Source: Planctopirus limnophila DSM 3776
Lineage (GTDB): Bacteria; Planctomycetota; Planctomycetia; Planctomycetales; Planctomycetaceae
Direction of reading: 5' to 3'
DNA: 32,000 nucleotides
Assembly: GCF_000092105.1 (NCBI RefSeq)
Contig: NC_014148.1
Location: 900,001 to 932,000, forward strand
A program made the position numbers and the translations under genes. Position 1 is the stretch's first letter. Each line of letters opens with the position of its first letter. Below, one piece after another: positions 1 through 7,291 of this stretch. Under the pieces are notes generated by a model, which was given only the letters and a program-made list of their open reading frames with translations, was not told the DNA's origin and ran no database searches.

Positions 1-906
1 TCGTCAGCCGCTCATGCGTTAGGTGATTTGAGGGACGTGGCTGCAGTGCCGCTTCTGGAGAAGCTTGCCACTGAGCATTCTGACGAATGGGTCGGGCTGC
101 AAGCGATTGCGAGCCTCGGCCTGATTGGGAACTCAGAAGCCGAGTCCGCCCTAGGCCGTCTTCATCAACTTCAAAAAGGGGACGGCATTGAGGACCACAT
201 ATTTGAAGCCCTCCTCTGTTGTGGCTCTCCCACGGCAGTCGCAGAGGTGATCAAGCATGCAAGTTCACGACTGGACGGCTCTGAGTGGCTGTGTGAACGA
301 CTTGGCCGCCTTTCCTGGATGCGTGGGTGGCGATGTGGCGAGTACTACACACATATTTACACAGCTGAGTTAGTTGACTACCTGAAATCTCACTGCAAAC
401 TGGGCTCCCCTGAAAAGAACTGGGACATTGGGGATGCCTTTCGTCAAATCGATAGCCCGGAAGTTCGGACACTGCTACAGAAGTGGGGGAATCGCCGTGG
501 ATCGCCTGAAGATGCGGTTGTGCGGGAAAGCGACCAGCGGCGGCTTTCGGATATGTGCTATTGGGAACTTCGAAATCGTGGCGACATATCGGCCATTAGT
601 TACACACTCGATGAATGTGCTGATGACAGGGACGATATTTACGTCGCACGTGCCGCTCTCCTTCTTCAAACTTTCCCCACCGCTGCAGTTGCCAATCAAC
701 TTCAGTCACGGCTCAACGTGGCGACAACGATATCCGAGACGCTGAGAATGCTCGCCTTGCTCGGTCGGTTTGGACAGCAGGCTGACGCTGAACTCGCAGC
801 TAAGTTTGTGAATCATGCTAACGACTTGGTGGCGAATGTGGCATGTGAAACCATGCTGCGTCTGAGCGATCCATTGCTCGTACCGGGTCGCTGGCGAGAG
901 ATGTAG
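1..906 (+). CDS. HEAT-repeat (PBS-lyase-like) protein, 5'-truncated at the window edge
   Basis: Frame 1 is open from nt 1 (SSAAHALGDLRDVAAVPLLEKL...), so the track start at 28 (TTG) is an artefact of the window edge. A-x-x-ALG-x-[LI]G-x-x-x-A-x-x-L helical-hairpin periodicity recurs (e.g. AIASLGLIGNSEAESALGRL). The stop is at 904-906. Confidence 0.6.
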   Translation, partial: SSAAHALGDLRDVAAVPLLEKLATEHSDEWVGLQAIASLGLIGNSEAESALGRLHQLQKGDGIEDHIFEALLCCGSPTAVAEVIKHASSRLDGSEWLCERLGRLSWMRGWRCGEYYTHIYTAELVDYLKSHCKLGSPEKNWDIGDAFRQIDSPEVRTLLQKWGNRRGSPEDAVVRESDQRRLSDMCYWELRNRGDISAISYTLDECADDRDDIYVARAALLLQTFPTAAVANQLQSRLNVATTISETLRMLALLGRFGQQADAELAAKFVNHANDLVANVACETMLRLSDPLLVPGRWREM

Positions 907-1008
907 TACTCGAACCGACTATGCGACTGAAACGTTGATTTCTCAAGTTCAGGACCACTGTGGGCTGGGAGGCATGCATAGAAATTAAGGCTCTCAATCA
1001 TCTGTGCA

Positions 1009-1033
1009 ATGCTTGCGGCTCCGCACAAGCATG
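1009..1033. repeat. Copy A of the dispersed 25-nt hairpin element (ATGCTTGC-N8-rCAAGCAT-G)
   Basis: ATGCTTGCGGCTCCGCACAAGCATG has inverted arms ATGCTTG/CAAGCAT. Its 25-nt layout matches 6248-6272 and 28304-28328. It lies in the spacer between convergent stops at 906 and 1190. Confidence 0.6.
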
Positions 1034-1129
1034 CTGGACTACCCTTTAACCCGCTCTGGTTTAAAGGACGCGTATAGGTCACTGGTCGCTTGACGGACTG
1101 CACCATTTGATCGATCGATCAAAACAACA

Positions 1130-1165
1130 GCCGGGATCTCCTGTTGTTCTCCCGGCCGTTTTAAT
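1130..1165. terminator. Probable bidirectional intrinsic terminator
   Basis: The stem is GCCGGGA (1130-1136) / TCCCGGC (1150-1156), with an overlapping alternative stem AACAACAG/CTGTTGTT. GTTTTAATTT follows on the + strand and TGTTGTTTTG on the - strand. It sits between convergent genes. Confidence 0.55.
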
Positions 1166-1189
1166 TTCTGGCGATAGCAGTCGGCTCGT

Positions 1190-4114
1190 TTATCGGCGGG
1201 TGGAGGCTCGGCTTCCAGCAGTATTTGACCCTGGTGCTGCGGGATCGGTGATGACCTGGATTACGTCATCTCGATGGAGTGGTCGGAGCATGTTTTCAGC
1301 CACCACCTGCACACCGATCGGGTTATCCCCTTCGCGAGAGGCTTCTAACTCGAGTTCGAACGGTAATTCGGCTCCAGCCGCCACCGAGCCGGGAATCTGA
1401 AAAATGATCCGCGAACCCTGCTGTGTGTGCTGTACAGGGCCATCCACACTGATGAGCTTCAGGCCGGGAGGGATATCGATCGCCAGTGCAACACTTTGAG
1501 CCGGTGCGCTGCCGCGATTCTTGACGACGAGCCGAGAGTGAACGCGTTCACCCACAGCAATCAGCTTCTCTTCGTTCATCGGGATAATCGTGATTGAAGG
1601 GAGCCCTTCGGCTTTTGCTGTTGCACTGACAGTCGCTTTCGCACCTTCACCACTGATCGCAGAAACTGTGGCAGCCACTTCACCGGTCTGGCGGGCAGTC
1701 AATCGAGTGCTCAATGTTCTTGTGGCCCCGGGTGGGAGCTCACGGATTTCCCAGCTCACGGTGCGCGTTGTGGTATCGAAATCGCCTCCTTCACTGGCAT
1801 CCGCAAAGTCGTAACCGGTTGGGATTTCCTCCACGACTTTGATGTTTCTCAAGACCGCACTGCCCTGATTCTGCACCAGGTTATCAAAGCGGGCCGGGCG
1901 TCCCACGATGGCACGGGAGGGAACCTGATGAGTAATTGCCAGGCCACTCCCCAGAACCACGATCTCCTTCAGAGCTTCAATGGGCCGCATTCCCTGAGCG
2001 AGCACGGTCACCTGATTTTTCAATCGACCCACACGGGTTGGCACCACTTCGAGTAACACATCGTGAGATTCCCCGGGAGCGAGGTCACCCACGAGATACT
2101 CAACATCTTTGCCCGCAGGGTGATCAATTCCTTCTGGAAGCAGATCCCGCACGATGACATTTTTGGCCGTGTTTTTACCGAGATTCTTGACCCGGAACGT
2201 CATTTCGAAGGTTTTTCCCAGAGTCACTTCTGCGGGAACATCACTCCGAAGATCGATTTCCGCAGCAGCCACGACAATTTCAGCGGCCACTTCCGAGACA
2301 AAACTGACGCGTGCCACACTGCCAATCTGTCCTTCTTCCACCGGGGTCACTCGCACTTGAATGGTGCGGGTTTCACCGGGCGTCAAAGTCCCCAGCTTCC
2401 AGATCAAACGCTTGTCGCTGATCTCGGCTTGAGGAGCAGTTCCCGTCAGCTGTGTTCCTTTAGGAATTCGATCTTCGACAATCACCTGCCGGGCAGCCAC
2501 AGTTCCTTCATTTTTTACCACCACCGAATAAATCAGCGACTGGCCCAGTACGGCACTGGCGGGAGCCTGCTTCTCAATGACAACCCGCGGTTGTTCAACA
2601 GCCCGCGCAGTGGGTTCGGCCGCTGCTCCAGGTTCCGGGAGCACGGCTGGACGTGCCGGGCGGTTTGAGGAATCGAATGGTGGCTCAACCACTTCGTTCA
2701 CGGGACGTCGTTGCGGGAAATCATCTCTAATTGATCCGCGAGGATCTTGCGGCAACCGTCCCCGCACGGGCTCAGAACCAAAGGGATCATTATCAGCCGG
2801 AAGAGTTCGCGATGAGTTTTCCAGATCTCGTGATCCCGAATTGCGCGGAGGCAAAACGGTACGAGGAACTTCATCGCCGGGAAAATCACGATCAGGGCCA
2901 ATCGCAGGTTCAACCAGGCGTAATCGATCGGGCTCATTCCGATTTCGACCAGTGGCCGGAGCATTCGTGGAACCTGCAGGCGGAAGCTGAGAAGGCAAAC
3001 CCAATTCAACATCGAGATCGACAGGCAAACTGGTTGGAGGAGTTGTGCGACCAGAACCATTGGCTGGCAGACCGGAATCGGTGGGCAATTCACGATTCGA
3101 TGGATTCCGCGATGGCAGACGATCTCGGCTATTATTGCCAGCGGGAGGAGTTGCAGGAGTATCCAGCCCAAAGGGATCTGCCTCAGGGATCACCGCCGGT
3201 GGTGCCGAGGGGGCCATTGATGGTCGGCGATAAGGCTGCATGTCACCGGGCTGCTGATTGTCACCCGGTTGAGCACCCGCAGGTTCTCGTCCACTACTGG
3301 CTGGAGCACTGTTTTTTAATGGAGGTAAGTCCGCTGGGAATGCATCAGCAAAGGGATCCGCCTCACCATTCTGGATGCCGCTGGTTTGTTGAATCCTGCT
3401 TCCGGCTGGGGTCTTCTCACCAACAGTCGGTTGACCGATCGGAATCGGCTGGGCATCAGGAATCTCCAATAAACGAGGTGCGACCCCGGAAGCTTCTTTT
3501 GTGGGTTCGATCTGTGCAGTGCGTGCCGAACCTGAGGTTCTTGTCAGTGGTTGAGCATCCAGATCGGGGAGGACAGGAGGTGTGGGCATGGCTGCCGCTG
3601 AGTCTTTTTCGGCGACGGTCGGTGGAGGCAATACCAGTGCAGGGCCCGATACAGGTTCGTTGGCTGATTGACTGCGCACGACAGGACTTTGCTTCTCATC
3701 GTCCGTGGGGTCAGCTTCGGGGAATTCCCCACCGGCCTGATAAGCCGCCAGTCGAAAATCGAGTCCACGACTTGAAGATGGACCTTTTGCCGTCTCACCC
3801 GGGACTACCTTGGTCGAATTCGTCGAAACATGGGCCTCATGGACAGGAGGCAGCGACGCATCGACAGCCAGATCAAGTTCCGGGAAGGTTTCGGCGCCTT
3901 GCTCAGCGGAGATTTCACCCGCATGCACCAGAGGCTGCTTCAACTGATTAAGCTGGTTGAGTTGGCCGTAAACATTCACGACAACGAGTGAACAGACCCC
4001 AACCACGACCGAAAGGGCGGCAAATTTCCAGAAACCGGACAGCATGGATCCATCCCCTACCGCAACGTGCATCGTGCACTCAAAGCCCGCATGACCTATG
4101 CGCAGCTTTTGCAT
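1190..4114 (-). CDS. Membrane-anchored surface protein: N-terminal TM helix, about 450-aa Pro/Ser/Asp-rich disordered region, 4 C-terminal DUF11 (conserved repeat domain, PF01345/TIGR01451) modules
   Basis: This is a 974-aa ORF with a hydrophobic anchor FWKFAALSVVVGVCSLVVVNVYG. Four modules fit the DUF11 pattern: YSVVVKNEGTVAARQVIVEDRIPKGTQL, FEMTFRVKNLGKNTAKNVIVRDLLPEGI, FDNLVQNQGSAVLRNIKVVEEIPTGYDF and SRLVVKNRGSAPAQSVALAIDIPPGLKL. An alternative start at 4045 (MLSGFW...) has GGGGA 7-11 nt upstream. Confidence 0.8.
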   Translation of the reverse strand: MQKLRIGHAGFECTMHVAVGDGSMLSGFWKFAALSVVVGVCSLVVVNVYGQLNQLNQLKQPLVHAGEISAEQGAETFPELDLAVDASLPPVHEAHVSTNSTKVVPGETAKGPSSSRGLDFRLAAYQAGGEFPEADPTDDEKQSPVVRSQSANEPVSGPALVLPPPTVAEKDSAAAMPTPPVLPDLDAQPLTRTSGSARTAQIEPTKEASGVAPRLLEIPDAQPIPIGQPTVGEKTPAGSRIQQTSGIQNGEADPFADAFPADLPPLKNSAPASSGREPAGAQPGDNQQPGDMQPYRRPSMAPSAPPAVIPEADPFGLDTPATPPAGNNSRDRLPSRNPSNRELPTDSGLPANGSGRTTPPTSLPVDLDVELGLPSQLPPAGSTNAPATGRNRNEPDRLRLVEPAIGPDRDFPGDEVPRTVLPPRNSGSRDLENSSRTLPADNDPFGSEPVRGRLPQDPRGSIRDDFPQRRPVNEVVEPPFDSSNRPARPAVLPEPGAAAEPTARAVEQPRVVIEKQAPASAVLGQSLIYSVVVKNEGTVAARQVIVEDRIPKGTQLTGTAPQAEISDKRLIWKLGTLTPGETRTIQVRVTPVEEGQIGSVARVSFVSEVAAEIVVAAAEIDLRSDVPAEVTLGKTFEMTFRVKNLGKNTAKNVIVRDLLPEGIDHPAGKDVEYLVGDLAPGESHDVLLEVVPTRVGRLKNQVTVLAQGMRPIEALKEIVVLGSGLAITHQVPSRAIVGRPARFDNLVQNQGSAVLRNIKVVEEIPTGYDFADASEGGDFDTTTRTVSWEIRELPPGATRTLSTRLTARQTGEVAATVSAISGEGAKATVSATAKAEGLPSITIIPMNEEKLIAVGERVHSRLVVKNRGSAPAQSVALAIDIPPGLKLISVDGPVQHTQQGSRIIFQIPGSVAAGAELPFELELEASREGDNPIGVQVVAENMLRPLHRDDVIQVITDPAAPGSNTAGSRASTRR

Positions 4115-4628
4115 TCAGAGTCTGGAATACCACATTTTTGTAAGAATGAAAAGATCGATCAGTGCAAAACTAAGTCCAAAGCATGAAAGAATTTGAAGCA
4201 TTGTAAAAACTTAGACCAATTTTCAGGGCGTCCACACTCGAAATCGGCAAATTCGTCATTTCCGATCTTTACGATCCCCTTCAAGCCGGCCAAAGGATTC
4301 CTCCCTGGCATCTGTTCACTCCAGGGAGTCTGAATTCATGCCAGGCCCGCGGGGAAAGACTGGTCTCCCGTCAATTCCAACCCTCAATTCCCACGAAATC
4401 CGCACGCACCCTGATTTCTGCTTGTCAGCAGCCCGGTCAGCAGCGGAAAATAGTGCCTCGCTTCACCAATCCGGAGATTTCAGCACCACTTCCTCCCTCA
4501 GAGGGTGTGGCGATTGCGACAGGTATGCGGGGCATAAGGATCGCAAGCGAATTCTGGCTGACTTTACTGGAGAATTTCCCGGCTGAACAATGGGTCTGCC
4601 TGAGGAGATGCCGATGTGAGGCAAGATA

Positions 4629-4657
4629 ACGATCAGGCGCAGAAACACGATCAGGCG
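4629..4657 (+). repeat. 11-nt direct repeat ACGATCAGGCG x2 (period 18) upstream of the HTH gene
   Basis: ACGATCAGGCG occurs at 4629-4639 and again at 4647-4657, 61-89 nt upstream of the ATG at 4718. Confidence 0.5.
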
Positions 4658-4717
4658 ACAGACCTTCCAATTCTGTAGTCCTCATCAGCGAGATGAACTG
4701 TCTGGGGTAACATCGCA

Positions 4718-6166
4718 ATGGCGAAGAAATATCTGAGCCTCGAAGAAGCAGCAGAAATGCTCGGCATGCGCCCGGAAGATGTGGGCCGCATGCGCGAAAA
4801 AGGCGATTTGCGAGGCTTCGCCGATCGCGGCAACTGGAAGTTTCGATCGGAAGATATCGAAGAAGCCCTCCGGCGGCGTCAAATCGACTCCGATCCTGAC
4901 GTCAACCTGCTGTCTGATGATGAGGATGGCAACCTGTTCAATGAGCCAACACCCTCGCGTAGAAAAGGGGAATCGGGTTCTGACAGCGATGTCCGTCTGG
5001 TGGCCCCCTCTTTTGCCCTCGACGAAGGCGATGTTCGCACCGATCCGGAAATTTCGTTAGCTGCGGCTCCTTCCGATAGTGATGTCCGTCTGGCTTCAAA
5101 ACCAGGTTCAGATAGCGATGTCAAACTGATGAGCCGCTCCGATTCGGATAGCGATGTCCGTCTCTCGCTCTCCGATAGTGACGTTAAACTCGCGAAATCT
5201 CCCGGTTCTGACAGCGATGTCCGTCTCGTGGGTGGGCGCGATATTGTGAAGCCCGGTAGCGATAGCGACGTCGCACTGGTCTCGGATGTGGAAAAAAGAG
5301 ATCGCGATTTTGGCGGTTCGGCAATTCTCGATGACGATGAGGGCGACAGCCTGTTCCTGCCTGGCGACAGTGCTTTAAGGTTAGGCGGCGACAGCGGCAT
5401 GGAGCTGGGACGCCCTGCTGATAGCGGCATTCTCCTGGAAAAACCGAAACCAGGTTCAAGCAGCTCGCGATTGTTTGAATCCAAAACTGAGCCCGAGCAG
5501 TTCACTCTCGCGATGGATTCCAGCCCCAAGCTGGCTGGCGATTCTGGTTCAAAGAACTCCGGCAAGGCCCCTCCCGCGCGTGACGACCTTGACCAGACAG
5601 CCCCGATGCTGATTCTGGACGATGAAGAAGACACCGTCTCGACGACAGCCTTCGAAGTCCCCATGCTCGACGATGTTGCTCCTTCCAAAGGGAATCGTCG
5701 CGATCAGACAGAGGCTGATGTGCTTTTATTCGATGACGACGAAGACCTTGATGGCAATCTGGCGACCACCATTCGCAAGGGAAGCCGGAATGTCGACGAC
5801 GATGATGAATTCGAAGATCTCAGCGATAGCTCTGTCGCCGAACTCGAGAACGATGACGTCGTGACATTTGACGATGCCGACGATGATGACGACAACGTCT
5901 TCGCCGATGCCGACGAAGACGATATGGACTCGGAAATGGTCGAAGGTTCCAGTGCCGTCGGCCTGGCTGCCGGTGGTGTCCGACGACCGACTCCTCGTGA
6001 AGAGGAATGGGGCGCTGGCACATTTTCACTCCTGGCACTTTCAACCCTGACGCTGGTGGCAGGGACTGTGATTGCCGCCGATCTGATGCGCGTCATCTCT
6101 TCGCAGGGGCAGACAGCCGTCTATAGCGGTGCTCTCGTCGAAATGATCGGCGGGTTCTTCAAGTAA
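4718..6166 (+). CDS. Excisionase/MerR-type HTH protein with SDSDV[RK]L repeats, an acidic disordered region and a C-terminal TM anchor
   Basis: The N-terminus KKYLSLEEAAEMLGMRPEDVGRMREKGDLRGFADRGNWKFRSEDIEEAL fits the HTH_17/excisionase pattern. Seven copies of [GS]SDSDV[RKA]L lie at aa 88-187. A long D/E-rich region follows. The C-terminal hydrophobic helix is GTFSLLALSTLTLVAGTVIAADL. Confidence 0.8.
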   Translation: MAKKYLSLEEAAEMLGMRPEDVGRMREKGDLRGFADRGNWKFRSEDIEEALRRRQIDSDPDVNLLSDDEDGNLFNEPTPSRRKGESGSDSDVRLVAPSFALDEGDVRTDPEISLAAAPSDSDVRLASKPGSDSDVKLMSRSDSDSDVRLSLSDSDVKLAKSPGSDSDVRLVGGRDIVKPGSDSDVALVSDVEKRDRDFGGSAILDDDEGDSLFLPGDSALRLGGDSGMELGRPADSGILLEKPKPGSSSSRLFESKTEPEQFTLAMDSSPKLAGDSGSKNSGKAPPARDDLDQTAPMLILDDEEDTVSTTAFEVPMLDDVAPSKGNRRDQTEADVLLFDDDEDLDGNLATTIRKGSRNVDDDDEFEDLSDSSVAELENDDVVTFDDADDDDDNVFADADEDDMDSEMVEGSSAVGLAAGGVRRPTPREEEWGAGTFSLLALSTLTLVAGTVIAADLMRVISSQGQTAVYSGALVEMIGGFFK

Positions 6167-6247
6167 CAATTTCTGATACGCTTTCGATGTCATCCAGGTG
6201 CTCTGTGCGCCGTACCTGTTGAGCACTATGCTTTGCAGACCTGTGCC

Positions 6248-6272
6248 ATGCTTGCAGCCTTGGGCAAGCATG
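6248..6272. repeat. Copy B of the dispersed 25-nt hairpin element (perfect 8-bp arms)
   Basis: ATGCTTGC-AGCCTTGG-GCAAGCAT-G has perfect 8-bp inverted arms and an 8-nt loop. The right half plus flank (cTTGGGCAAGCATGTCTTCA) repeats as cCTGGGCAAGCTTGTCTTCA at about 6283-6301. Confidence 0.7.
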
Positions 6273-6354
6273 TCTTCACAACCTGGGCAAGCTTGTCTTC
6301 ATTACTATAACAGCGTAGTGGATGACCGCCTGGGATACGTATCAAGAAGGTGTC

Positions 6355-6936
6355 ATGCCGAATCTCTGTGTCTACTGTGGCTCAAGCTCCGGGTTTCATC
6401 CCGATTATCAGCATGCCGCTGTCGAACTGGCCCAGCTAATGGTGGCTCAGGGCTGGAATCTGGTGTATGGCGGCGGATCGATTGGCGTGATGGGAATCAT
6501 GGCCGATGCGGTTATCGCGGCCGGCGGAAAGGTCATCGGAATCATTCCCGAATTTCTCGCCACGCGCGAAGTCATGAAAGACAATTGCACTGAGTTGTTC
6601 GTGACCGATTCCATGCACTCCCGCAAACGTCAGATGATGGAACTGTCCGATGCTTTTGTCGCTCTTCCGGGTGGTTATGGCACACTCGAGGAACTGCTGG
6701 AGACCATTACCTGGAAGCAGTTGGGCCTGCACAATAAACCCATCGCCGTTCTGAACACACGGCAGTTCTTTACGCCACTGATTGGGCAGATCGATCATCT
6801 TGTTACCGAGGGTTTTGTTCGTCCGGAACATCGGCTGCTCCTGCGCATCGCCACCACACCAGTTGACCTTCTGGAACAACTCTCACTCCCCGCCGAGCCA
6901 CCCCTGAAAAAGTGGTTCAATACGCAAGAGATCTGA
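6355..6936 (+). CDS. LOG-family protein (TIGR00730; cytokinin riboside 5'-monophosphate phosphoribohydrolase-like, PF03641)
   Basis: The motifs VYGGGSIGVMG and PGGYGTLEEL are diagnostic of the LOG family. The ATG at 6355 has AGAAGG 5 nt upstream and gives MPNLCVYCGSS. The longest ORF starts at 6322. Confidence 0.9.
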   Translation: MPNLCVYCGSSSGFHPDYQHAAVELAQLMVAQGWNLVYGGGSIGVMGIMADAVIAAGGKVIGIIPEFLATREVMKDNCTELFVTDSMHSRKRQMMELSDAFVALPGGYGTLEELLETITWKQLGLHNKPIAVLNTRQFFTPLIGQIDHLVTEGFVRPEHRLLLRIATTPVDLLEQLSLPAEPPLKKWFNTQEI

Positions 6937-7291
6937 TACGAATTTCAGACTCTTGCCACTTGTTCGACGAGACCCTCACCAGGCAGTCCTTCCAGAACGA
7001 CAGAAAAGCGGCTATTTGGAATCGGCAGATCTGAACTGTGAACATGGCCCACTATGCCTGTTCATCCAAACCCATGTGCAGAACACAGGAAATCTGGTGG
7101 CGTAGCATGTCTCCCAGCCCAGTAGGTTATGCGGGACTCTAACTTAGTAGGTATTTGCGGAGCCAAGAGCTTCGGTATCAAAGAGCTTTGCGAGCGAGGA
7201 GATCAGGTATAGTGTCAGGACTTCATCCACCCATCCAGAAAACGCGCAGCTGACGACCTTTAACGAGGCGGTATTTGATTCATAATAGCAC

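Noticed and set aside
2731-3951. A 406-aa ORF on the + strand, antisense to the DUF11 protein gene.
   Set aside because: It mirrors the Pro/Ser/Gly-rich low-complexity part of the sense gene. Its product is rich in H/R/W/Q with no motif, no signal and no plausible start context. Long antisense ORFs are expected opposite codon-biased, stop-poor repeats.
4879-5688. A 269-aa ORF on the - strand with its own repeat (RRTSLSE...), antisense to the HTH/SDSDV gene.
   Set aside because: The repeat is simply the reverse-complement reading of SDSDVRL. The sense frame has the recognisable HTH and TM features.
6243-6260. Other TGGCAC hits considered as sigma-54 promoters: the - strand at 6243-6248, and the + strand at about 13444, 15258, 20891, 22922 and 26822.
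   Set aside because: The intergenic ones (6243, 22922) again have GG-GC spacing one nt short and a weak -12 element. The correctly spaced ones lie inside CDSs with non-consensus -12 elements (CCGC, ACGC, CGGC).
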